Assembly (NCBI GenBank): GCA_964016885.1
Contig: OZ024761.1
Coordinates: forward strand, 20,212,001 to 20,276,000
Reading direction: 5' to 3'
Origin: Eledone cirrhosa
Taxonomy: Eukaryota
Length of the DNA: 64,000 nt
Within the stretch, counting starts at the first letter, position 1. Each line of letters starts with the position of its first letter. The notes beneath the pieces were generated by a model. It searched no databases. It saw only the letters and a list, made by a program, of their open reading frames with translations, and was not told the origin of the DNA. Positions 15,001 through 25,750 of this stretch are shown here, in pieces. A program made the translations under genes and the position numbers.

Positions 15001-18000
15001 AGTGTATATATATATTATATTTAACAGAAGTGTATATATATATTGTATTTAAGGAGAGTGTATATATATATTATATTTAAGGAGAGTGTATATATATATT
15101 ATATTTAAGGAGAGTGTATATATATATTATATTTAACAGAAGTGTATATATATATTGTATTTAAGGAGAGTGTATATATATATATTGTATTTAAGGAGAG
15201 TGTATATATATATTGTATTTAAGGAGAGTGTATATATATATTGTATTTAAGGAGAATGTATATATTTATATTGTATTTAAGGAGAGTGTATATATATATT
15301 GTATTTAAGGAGAGTGTATATATATATTGTATTTAAGGAGAGTGTATATATATATTGTATTTAAGGAGTGTATATATATATATTGTATTTAAGGAGAGTG
15401 TATATATATATTGTATTTAAGGAGAGTGTATATATATATTATATTTAACAGAAGTGTATATATATATTGTATTTAAGGAGAGTGTATATATATATATATT
15501 GTATTTAAGGAGAGTGTATATATATATTGTATTTAAGGAGTGTATATATATATATATTGTATTTAAGGAGAGTGTATATATATATTGTATTTAAGGAGAG
15601 TGTATATATATATTATATTTAAGGAGAGTGTATATATATATTGTATTTAAGGAGAGTGTATATATATATTATATTTAAGGAGAGTGTATATATATATTAT
15701 ATTTAACAGAAGTGTATATATATATTGTATTTAAGGAGAGTGTATATATATATTGTATTTAAGGAGAGTGTATATATATATTATATTTAACAGAAGTGTA
15801 TATATATATTATATTTAACAGAAGTGTATATATATATTGTATTTAAGGAGAGTGTAGATATATATTGTATTTAAGGAGAGTGTATATATATATTGTATTT
15901 AAGGAGAGTGTATATATATATTATATTTAACAGAAGTGTATATATATATTGTATTTAAGGAGAGTGTATATATATATTGTATTTAAGGAGAGTGTATATA
16001 TATATTGTATTTAAGGAGAGTGTATATATATATTATATTTAACGAGAGTGTATATATATATTATATTTAACAGAAGTGTATATATATATTGTATTTAAGG
16101 AAAGTGTATATATATGTATTTAACTTGAGTGTATATATATATTGTATTTAACGAGAGTGTGTATATATATCATCATCATCATCATTTTACGTCCACTTTT
16201 CCCTGCTTGCAAGGGTGGGATGGGAACTGATTCTGGCTTGATTTCTACAGCTGGATGCCCTTCCTAACACCAACCTCATTTACAGTGAGTGCTGGGTGCT
16301 TTTTATCCATGGCGCCTCCACGACCACTTTACAGTGGAATGATAGGGACCCCAGTCCCTATCATCTCATTTCTACAGCTGAGTAAACTGGAGCAATGTGA
16401 AATAAAGTGTCTTGCTGAAGATATTTTATATTTAACAAAAGTGTATATATATATATATAGATATCGTATTTAACAGAAGTGAATATATATATTATATTTA
16501 ACAGAAGTGTATATATATATTATATTTAACAGAAGTGTATATATATATTATATTTAACAGAAGTGTATATATATATATTGTATTTAAGGAGAGTGTATAT
16601 ATATATATTGTATTTAAGGAGAGTGTATATATATATTGTATTTAAGGAGAGTGTATATATATATTGTATTTAAGGAGAGTGTATATATATATTGTATTTA
16701 AGGAGAGTGTATATATATATTGTATTTAAGGAGAGTGTATATATATATTATATTTAACAGAAGTGTATATATATATTGTATTTAAGGAGAGTGTATATAT
16801 ATATTATATTTAAGGAGAGTGTATATATATATTATATTTAACAGAAGTGTATATATATATTGTATTTAAGGAGAGTGTATATATATATATTGTATTTAAG
16901 GAGAGTGTATATATATATTGTATTTAAGGAGAGTGTATATATATATTGTATTTAAGGAGAATGTATATATTTATATTGTATTTAAGGAGAGTGTATATAT
17001 ATATATTGTATTTAAGGAGAGTGTATATATATATTGTATTTAAGGAGAGTGTATATATATATTGTATTTAAGGAGTGTATATATATATTGTATTTAAGGA
17101 GAATGTATATATTTATATTGTATTTAAGGAGAGTGTATATATATATTGTATTTAAGGAGAGTGTATATATATATTGTATTTAAGGAGAGTGTATATATAT
17201 ATTATATTTAAGGAGAGTGTATATATATATTATATTTAACAGAAGTGTATATATATATTGTATTTAAGGAGAGTGTATATATATATTGTATTTAAGGAGA
17301 GTGTATATATATATTATATTTAACAGAAGTGTATATATATATTATATTTAACAGAAGTGTATATATATATTGTATTTAAGGAGAGTGTAGATATATATTG
17401 TATTTAAGGAGAGTGTATATATATATTGTATTTAAGGAGAGTGTATATATATATTATATTTAACAGAAGCGTATATATATATTGTATTTAAGGAGAGTGT
17501 ATATATATATTGTATTTAAGGAGAGTGTATATATATATTGTATTTAAGGAGAGTGTATATATATATTATATTTAACAGAAGTGTATATATATATTGTATT
17601 TAAGGAGAGTGTATATATATATTGTATTTAAGGAGAGTGTATATATATATTGTATTTAAGGAGAGTGTATATATATATTATATTTAAGGAGAGTGTATAT
17701 ATATATTATATTTAAGGAGAGTGTATATATATATATTTAAGGAGAGTGTATATATATATATTTAAGGAGAGTGTATATATATATTATATTTAACAGAAGT
17801 GTATATATATATTGTATTTAAAGAGACTGTATATATATATTGTATTTAAGGAGAGTGTATATATATATTGTATTTAAGGAGAGTGTATATATATATTGTA
17901 TTTAAGGAGAGTGTATATATATATTGTATTTAAGGAGAGTGTATATATATATTATATTTAAGGAGAGTATATATATATATTATATTTAAGGAGAGTGTAT

Positions 18001-21000
18001 ATATATATTATATTTAAGGAGAGTGTATATATATATTATATTTAAGGAGAGTGTATATATATATTGTATTTAAGGAGAGTGTATATATATATTGTATTTA
18101 AGGAGAGTGTATATATATATATATATTATATTTAAGGAGAGTGTATATATATATTGTATTTAAGGAGAGTGTATATATATATTGTATTTAAGGAGAGTGT
18201 ATATATATATTGTATTTAAGGAGAGTGTATATATATATATTATATTTAACGAGAGTGTATATATATATATATATATTGTATTTAAGAAGAGTGTATATAT
18301 ATATATATTGTATTTAACGAGAGTGTATATATATATTGTATTTAAGGAGAGTGTATATATATATTGTATTTAAGGAGAGTGTATATATATATATTATATT
18401 TAACGAGAGTGTATATATATATATATATTGTATTTAAGAAGAGTGTATATATATATATATTGTATTTAACGAGAGTGTATATATATATTGTATTTAAGGA
18501 GAGTGTTTCTATTTTTGCAGGTGTTCCCTTCACAAACAGATGAAAGCAATGTTGATGATATCTTCACCTGGAGATTATTACCTCCATCTTTCTACAGTCA
18601 ATGTCCTCCCCAACCCTCCATCATTTGTGGTCCTCATCAGTTGTTACGTTTATTTGGTAAGCAGTTTTTTCTTATTCTTTTACTTGTTTCAGTTCATTAG
18701 ACTATGGCCATGCTGAGGCATCGTTTTGAAGGGATTTTAGTCAAACATAGTATCATCATCATTGTTTAAACATCTATCTTCCACGCTAGCATGGGTTAGA
18801 CGGGAGTTGTCCCACTTGAGGCAAGATTGGTCGGTGACTGTGTCTTGCTCGTATAGGACTATATATATATAGTATACATATATATATATATTTATATGTG
18901 GATGGTGTTATGAAGGGCATCCAGCAGTAAAATACCCAGCCAAATTTACAGTCCTCACCCGAGCAAGGTGCAACATGGCCAAGTATGGCCAGACTTGCAT
19001 CGCGGCATGGACGACCTGTCTAAACCATGCAAGCATGGAAAAATTGTCATGAAACATTCATATATATATATATGTATATATTGTATATTTAATTTTATAT
19101 TGTACGTATTGTATCATCATCATCATCATCATCATCATATGTCCGCTTTTCCCTGCTTGCAAGGGTGTGACGGGTCCTATTCAGCACAGCATCTCTCCAC
19201 TTGTCACGGTCCTTCGTCATCACCACCGTGAGCTTCAGCGATCTGAGGTCTGCTCTCACCACCTCCGCCCATGTTTTTCGTGGTCTACCTCTACCGCGTC
19301 TTCCCTCTACTGGGATTTCTTGGCACTTCTTTACCCAGTGGCCATCCTCCATACGCATCACATGTCCATACCATCTCAGCCTTCACTCCTGCACACCACA
19401 ACGTATCCCTTTTATACACAGTTTCTCTCTCAACTCATCTATGCTTGGTCGTTCAAAACATTTTGAAGGCCATTTGCTATGAATTTTAAGGTAGTGACTA
19501 GCTTGGGCAGAAGCCAAGAGGAGTAATCATACAATACATTCATATATACAGCGCTATTTCAGAGCACCAATACAAATTTCTAATTTATGGTGGGCGAGCA
19601 ATTGCTCTGTATGCAAATGAGTTTCAACATCTCATAAACATAACTGGAATTCTCTAAAAATCCAGCTTCTATTGCTTTCAGCAAAAGCCAAGAGATATGT
19701 AGTCTTGACAACCACTTACAAGTGAGAAACGGTCACTGTCGATTCCTCCTTTTTGCTTTTGACTAGACTAGGTATGTGACATTAGTCACTACCTTAAAAC
19801 TCATAGCTAATGGCCTTCAAAATGTTTTTAAATAAACATACAGTATATTATTAAATATACAATAGCTACATTCATTTATACATCGCTATTTTAGAGCACC
19901 AATACAATTTTATATATATATGTATATATATATATAAAATACTAGGGTCGGCTGAAAAGTTTATAGGCTGACCAAGATACTCTCATGGAATGACTAAATG
20001 AAGTTTATTTTTCAACATAGTCCCTAGAAAAAAGCAAATGCAATTATTAATAAGAAGAGTTGAAATTAATAGCATGCAATATTTCACAGCTCTAGCATCA
20101 CTCCTTCATAGTCAGCCTATGAACTTTTCAGGCCACCCTCATACAGTACTTAATTTCTTCAAGTCTGGTACTTATGTTATCAAATTGGCAGAACTGTTAT
20201 GTCAAACTGAATACTTTATGGTATTCGTTTCGGTTTTCTATAACTCTCTGAGTTCAAATCCTAGTGTGTGTAGAATGTTTTAATTTGTTTGTCACCATAC
20301 TTTCTAATGAAAGACACTGCCTATAACTTTTAAATAATTAAATGATTGTAAATTATTGAATTAGATGGAAGAAAACTGGATTGATTATCAAACAAAAGGT
20401 GAGGAGGAGTTTTCTGTTACCAACATGACAATTGCCCCAGTGTTAGTGATCTACACGATAAACTCACCTAGTACATTCTGTAAAGTGGTTGGTAATAGGA
20501 AGAGCATTCAGTCGGTAGAAAACCTGCCAAACAAAGGATCTAGAGGACTCTTCAGCATGGACATTAAACAACGACGATGATGATGATGTTGAGGTGGAGG
20601 GACAAACTCATATAATCTAGATATGTTACATGGAATTGAGAGTAGTGAAGAGTGATTCGAAGAAGCTGACAATTCTAAAATACATGCTAACATGGAAAAA
20701 TTGACGTTAAATGATGATGATGATGATCATGATATTTTTTTTTTTTTTTTTGCTTCCAGTTAAATTACCTGAAGTGCTTGGCAAAATGGACTTGCCTGAA
20801 CTAAAGCTTGGAATTCTTCTTGGCTATTTGGAAAATTTTCTAGAGTAAGTACAACATGCCCTATTGTGGGGCTGTGTCTATTATATATACAACACTCTCT
20901 ATATATATCTATTGTATATACAGCACTCTATATATATCTATTATATATACAACACTCTATATATATATCTATTGTATATACAGCACTCTATATATATCTA

Positions 21001-24000
21001 TTATATATAAAACACTCTATATATATCTATTATATATACAACACTCTATATATATCTATTATATATACAACACTATATATATCTATTATATATACAACAC
21101 TCTATATATATCTATTATATATACAACACTATATATATATATCTATTGTATATACAACACTCAATATATATCTATTGTATATACAACACTCTATATATAT
21201 CTATTATATATACAGCACTCTATATATATCTATTATATATACAGCACTCTATATATATCTATTATATATACAACACTATATATATATCTATTATATATAC
21301 AACACTCTATATATATCTATTATATATACAACACTCTTTATATATCTATTATATATACAACACTATATATATATCTATTATATATACAACACTCTATATA
21401 TATCTATTATATATACAACACTCTATATATATCTATTATATATACAACACTCTATATATATCTATTGTATATACAACACTATATATATATCTATTATATA
21501 TACAACACTCTATATATCTATTATATATACAACACTATATATATCTATTATATATACAACACTCTATATATATCTATTATATATACAGCACTCTATATAT
21601 ATCTATTATATATACAACACTCTATATATATCTATTATATATACAACACTCTATATATATCTATTATATATAGAGCACTATATATATATCTATTATATAT
21701 ACAACACTCTATATATCTATTATATATACAACACTATATATATCTATTATATATACAACACTCTATATATATCTATTATATATACAGCACTCTATATATA
21801 TCTATTATATATACAGCACTCTATATATATCTATTATATATACAACACTCTATATATATCTATTGTATATACAACACTCTATATATATCTATTATATACA
21901 CAACACTATATATATCTATTATATACACAACACTATATATATCTATTATATACACAGCACTCTATATATATCTATTATATACACAGCACTCTATATATAT
22001 CTATTATATATATACAACACTATATATATATCTATTATATATACAGCACTCTATATATATCTATTGTATATACAACACTATATATATCTATTATATATAC
22101 AGCACTCTATATATATCTATTGTATATACAGCACTCTATATATATCTATTGTATATACAGCACTCTATATATATCTATTATATATACAACACTCTATATA
22201 TATATCTATTATATATACAATACTCTATATATATCTATTATATATACAACACTCTATATATATCTATTATATATACAACACTCTATATATATCTATTGTA
22301 TATACAACACTCTATATATATATCTATTATATACAACACTCTATATATATCTATTATATACAACACTCTATATATATCTATTATATATACAACACTCTAT
22401 ATATATCTATTGTATATACAGCACTCTATATTGTGGGGCCGTGTCTATTTTATAAACAAATTTGCAGAGGAGTTAATGCACTGCTTTTTTTTTGGGTTCC
22501 AGCACTTTGTCCTCTAAATTCACAACATAATGCACCGAGTACACCCTGTAAAGTGGTTAGTGTTAAGAAGGGCATCCAGCCATAGAAAGCTTGCCAAACA
22601 AAGGGATGGGAGGACTTGTTAGTTGTGTGAAGGACATGACAGCCTCCCTAGTGTTGGTGATCTACACACTAAACACACCCAGTACACTCTGTAAAGTGGT
22701 TGGTGTTAGGAAGGGCATCTAGCTGTAGAAAGTTTGTCAAACAAGAGGTTAAGAGGACCCTTCAGTTTGTGTCAAAAGACACGACAACTTCTCTGCACTC
22801 GATATGACCATATATAAGTAGGATACAGACCTCCTCAGCCTGAGATGTCAGTGGCCTCGCTTCACTACTGACTTGTTCTATGTAGACCTGTCCAACCCTG
22901 CTAGCAGGGAAAGTGGACATTAAATGATGATATATATTTAAGTGAGGAATTCTTTTACCCATTTGTTATTATTGTTGTTATACACTATGACTACACCTGG
23001 TCAATAGATTATTCATTGTATCTCCCTCATATAACTTACTATCTAACACCTGTGGGCATGCCCACAAAGTCAGAAAACAGTACAGCTCTCGTGACTTTTT
23101 TCACTCCCAGAGTTGCTGAAGCATGAAACAAACTACCTGCATCAGTTGTTAGCTGTCGGGACACTGCATCCTTCAAAACTTCCATGCTTCCCGAAATTCG
23201 TCAACACTACACCTAATATTCCCCTACATACATGGCTTAGTGGTTAGAGCATTGGCCTTGCAATCGAAAGGTTGCGAGTTCAATTCTCAGACCGGGTGAT
23301 GTGTTGTTTCCTTGAGCAAGACACTTTATTTCACATTGCTCCAGTTTACTCAGCTGTAGAAATGAGATGATAGAGACTGGGGTCCATATCATTCCACTGT
23401 AAAGTGGTCGTGGAGGTGCCACGGCAAATAAGGACCCAGCACTCACTGTAAATGAGGTTGGTGTTAGGAAGGGCATCCAGCTGTAGAAATCAAGCCAGAA
23501 TCAGTTCCCGTCCCACCCTTGCAAGCAGGGAAAAGCGGACATAAAATGATGATGATGATTATACACACACACATATCTGTGTATATCATGACTCAATGTT
23601 TACTTTCCTGACATTTGTACATTATTCTATGTACTATACATGCACCTTTGATCAGTTTTAGTGCACCTGAGCACCGTACACAATAAGTTTCATTATTATT
23701 ATTTAAGGGTGGATTGGCAGTATCGGTAGAGGGTTTCACACCATGCTTTCCAGCATAGTTACGTCCCTTTACGATCTGAGTTCAAATCCCGCCGAGGTTG
23801 ACTTTGCCTTTCATCCTTACGGGGTCGATAAAATAAAGTACCAGTAATGCACTGGGTAATTGCTGGCCTTGTGCCTAAAGTAGAAACAATTATTATTATT
23901 TAAGGGCGGTAGGGCGGTGGATTAGTAGAATCAGTAGAGAGTCGGACGCCATGCTTTCCAGTATAGTTACGTCCCTTTAGTTCAAATCCTGCCGAGGTTC

Positions 24001-24528
24001 ACTTTGCCTTTCATCCTTTCGGGGTCGATAAAATAAAGTACCAGTAATGCACTGGGTAATTGCTGGCCTTGTGCCAACAGTAGAAACAATTATTTAAGGG
24101 CGGTGGATTGGCAGGGGGGGGGGGCTGTGGTAATCGGGGGATGGAAGGGCAGGGGAAGGGGTCGGGGGGGTAGAGCGTCGGGACACGGCGAGGTGGGCGG
24201 CTCGGCAGAGGTTACGTATCAATTTTTCTGTTCTATTTTTTTTTATTCAGAGTTACGTCTCTTTCCATTCTGAGTTCAAATCCTGCCGAGGTTGACTTTG
24301 CCTTTCATCACTACGAGGGTCGATAAAATAAAGTACCAGTAATGAACTAGGGTCAATCCTCCCCCCAAATTACTGGCCTTGTGCCTATATTAGAAATCAT
24401 TATTATTATTTAATATCTTCTGTAATTTGTGGTAGTTTTAATATTTCTGTTATTTCTGTTATTTCAGATATATGGCAGCAAGACATGAAGATCTATTTCC
24501 AGCTTCTGCTTATGTTGATGCCCTGTAG
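5940..24528 (+). CDS. MSL3: Male-specific lethal 3 homolog (chromo-barrel + MRG domain), 10 coding exons visible, 5'-incomplete (623 aa in window)
   Basis: Exons 5940-6022, 7305-7397, 8051-8219, 8491-8622, 9358-9500, 10611-10733, 12280-13126, 18521-18656, 20760-20844, 24468-24528 all have AG/GT ends and join in frame (1872 nt with stop). Motifs YRIHFQGWNSSWDR, IPKVLRQKLEEDCYMI, LRLPAEINVVSVLEGYVKNF, CREVVDGIRVCFDF..ILLY..E, LLRLFVKLPE, DLFPASAYV resemble MSL3 more than MRG15. Confidence 0.9.
6232..6937. repeat. 48-bp minisatellite, about 15 copies
   Basis: unit cagagtggactgggtgtattttatcattgtaccagcacttacacttta. Confidence 0.95.
7305..7397 (+). CDS. MSL3: MSL3 exon (WDRTVGENYILKGTEENRSLMKQLAETAKC)
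   Basis: ctttcag acceptor, gtaagt donor; completes the chromo barrel. Confidence 0.88.
7430..7545. repeat. 30-bp tandem repeat, about 4 copies
   Basis: tgcccctggttctacgatacaccactccac. Confidence 0.85.
8051..8219 (+). CDS. MSL3: MSL3 exon (basic then Ser/acidic linker)
   Basis: tttgcag acceptor, gtaagt donor, open in the required phase (2 to 0). Confidence 0.8.
8491..8622 (+). CDS. MSL3: MSL3 exon (acidic linker, start of MRG domain)
   Basis: tttgcag / gtaagt; IELIIPKVLRQKLEEDCYMINKKKK. Confidence 0.88.
8940..9305 (-). mobile_element. RTE-like LINE 3' fragment (different subfamily)
   Basis: minus strand reads GHESWVMTER..IQAAEMGFLLRV...LDRVRSLEIRESLQVEPLLLQIERSQL. Confidence 0.7.
9358..9500 (+). 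CDS. MSL3: MSL3 exon (MRG, FLRLPAEINVVSVLEGYVKNF)
   Basis: tttctag / gtgaga; phase 0 to 2. Confidence 0.87.
10199..10405. mobile_element. piggyBac-type MITE
   Basis: TTAA|CCCTTTAGCATT ... AATGCTAAAGGG|TTAA. Confidence 0.8.
10611..10733 (+). CDS. MSL3: MSL3 exon (MRG, ICREVVDGIRVCFDFSLSSILLYSFEK)
   Basis: ttttcag / gtaaat; phase 2 to 2. Confidence 0.88.
11017..11713. mobile_element. possible non-autonomous Tc1/pogo-like DNA element
   Basis: ends taccgtatttactc... and ...gactattattcgagtatata, with subterminal ggggtcgact motifs. Confidence 0.4.
11715..11975 (-). mobile_element. same SINE family, 5'-truncated
   Basis: tail and core present, tRNA head missing; similar copies at 14437-14685 and 16169-16415. 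Confidence 0.8.
12280..13126 (+). CDS. MSL3: MSL3 large exon (low-complexity insertion within the MRG domain)
   Basis: tttgcag / GAG|gtatct; 847 nt open frame containing ORF 12362-13135, phases match both neighbours. Confidence 0.82.
14075..18506. repeat. about 28-bp satellite (gtatatatatattgtatttaaggagagt), 4.4 kb, with two embedded SINE copies
   Basis: direct reading; variant tatttaacagaagt units interspersed. Confidence 0.95.
18521..18656 (+). CDS. MSL3: MSL3 exon (WRLLP...PSIICGPHQLLRLF)
   Basis: tttgcag / G|gtaagc; phase 0 to 1. Confidence 0.88.
19113..19455 (-). mobile_element. RTE LINE 3' end fragment
   Basis: homologous to 42080-42423 (GRPRKTWAEVVR), with (CAT)n tail. Confidence 0.85.
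19943..20141. mobile_element. mariner-type MITE
   Basis: imperfect TIRs of about 28 bp (agggtcggctgaaaagtttataggctgac / gtcagcctatgaacttttcaggccaccct). Confidence 0.65.
20760..20844 (+). CDS. MSL3: MSL3 exon (VKLPEVLGKMDLPELKLGILLGYLENFL)
   Basis: cttccag / gtaagt; phase 1 to 2. Confidence 0.88.
20878..22430. repeat. about 29-bp satellite (ctattatatatacaacactctatatatat)
   Basis: direct reading. Confidence 0.95.
23231..23560 (+). mobile_element. full-length tRNA-derived SINE (A/B boxes, CORE-like block, GGAAGGGCATCC block, RTE-type ATG tail)
   Basis: tggcttagtgg A box, gagttcaattc B box, ccttgagcaagacact core; tail matches the RTE 3' end at 42365-42423. Confidence 0.85.
23705..24410 (+). 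mobile_element. head-to-tail cluster of 3-4 Nin/Deu-domain-like SINEs
   Basis: repeated gagttcaaatcccgccgaggtt.actttgcctttcatcctt.cggggtcgataaaataaagtaccagt with (TTA)n tails; other copies near 3650-3835, 13640-13865(-), 36495-36620(-), 42750-43175, 62884-63050(-). Confidence 0.8.
24468..24528 (+). CDS. MSL3: MSL3 last coding exon (YMAARHEDLFPASAYVDAL*)
   Basis: atttcag acceptor, TAG at 24526-24528; resembles the MSL3 C-terminal FP.SAYV motif. Confidence 0.85.
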
Positions 24529-25237
24529 ACCAGCGTCTCTTGTTGTTGTTATCATCATTATTGTTATTAGAAGGCAGACTGGTTGAAATGGTAGAGTGTC
24601 GGACTAAATGACTTGAAATATCTCATGTCCCTTCATATTGAGAGGACGGAGGTCATGTCCCTTCATATTGAAAGGATGGGGGTCATGTCCCTTGATATTG
24701 AGAGGGGGTCATGTCCCTTGATATACAGAGTTCAAATTCTTTTGGAGTCAGGGGGGGGTCGGCCCTCTTTTTTTCAGAAAGCGAATAAAAAAATAGACTG
24801 GGTGGGGGTGGAGGTTGATATACTCCACTGTACCTATCCCACCCTCTCCCTGGTGGGGGTGGAGGTTGATATACTCCACTGTACCCATCCCACCCTCTCC
24901 CTCAGTTTTGTGGCTTTAAGCTTACATTTGAAAACAATATGAGTTCAAATCCCACCGAGGTTAACTTTGCCTTCCATCCTTATGGGGTCGATAAAATAAA
25001 GTACCAGTAATACACTGGGGTAATTGCTGGCCTTGTGCCAAAAGTATAAACAATTATTATTGTTGTTGTTGTTGTTAGTGGTGAATTGTGAGAATCGTTG
25101 GAGTGTCGGACGAAATACTTTACAATATTTTTTCCAGCTCTGTGTTCTGAGTTTAAATTCTCCCAAGGTCAACTTTACCTTTCATCCTTTTGAGGTCGAT
25201 AAAATAAAGTACCAGTCATACACTGGAATTGATTTAA

Positions 25238-25750
25238 CCCTTTAGCATTTAAACTGGCATTAGGAAGGGCATCCAGCTGTAGAAATCAAGCCAAAATCAG
25301 TTCTGCATGAGCAAGATATGGTCACCTGTTTAACCCATGCTAGCGTGGAAGAATGGACATAAAACAGTGATGATGATGAATTCTCTCACCTCTTTCTATT
25401 CAAACCGCCCATAACTGGCCACTCATACTGATGTTATGGTATTGTTCTCAAAATAAATAATATCAAAATCTCATAGATTTGATATTATGTGAGATAAAGA
25501 CCTTACTGTGAAAATAGAGTAATGTAAATGTTATGTGAGATATGTGAGGTAAAGCCTTTCCTGTGAAAATACAATAGTATATATAGAGTAATGTAAATGT
25601 TATGTGAGATATTATGTGAGGTAAAGCCTTTACTGTGAAAATACAATAGTATATATAGAGTAATGTAAATGTTATGTGAGATATATGTGAGGTAAAGCCT
25701 TTACTGTGAAAATACAATAGTATATATAGAGTAATGTAAATGGTAAAGGG
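25238..25750. mobile_element. piggyBac-type MITE with expanded internal repeat, nested in a SINE and carrying a SINE fragment
   Basis: TTAA|CCCTTTAGC ... GTAAAGGG|TTAA; about 4 internal units. Confidence 0.72.

Noticed and set aside
23231-23300. tRNA gene
   Set aside because: A and B boxes are present but it continues into a SINE body and recurs in several copies; it is a SINE head.
24113-24240. G-quadruplex-like G-rich tract
   Set aside because: Looks like a garbled copy of the neighbouring SINE head with G runs; low-quality consensus is at least as likely as function.
5940-24528. Calling the gene MRG15/MORF4L1
   Set aside because: The split MRG domain, the LEEDC motif and the FP.SAYV terminus fit MSL3 better; a phylogeny would settle it.
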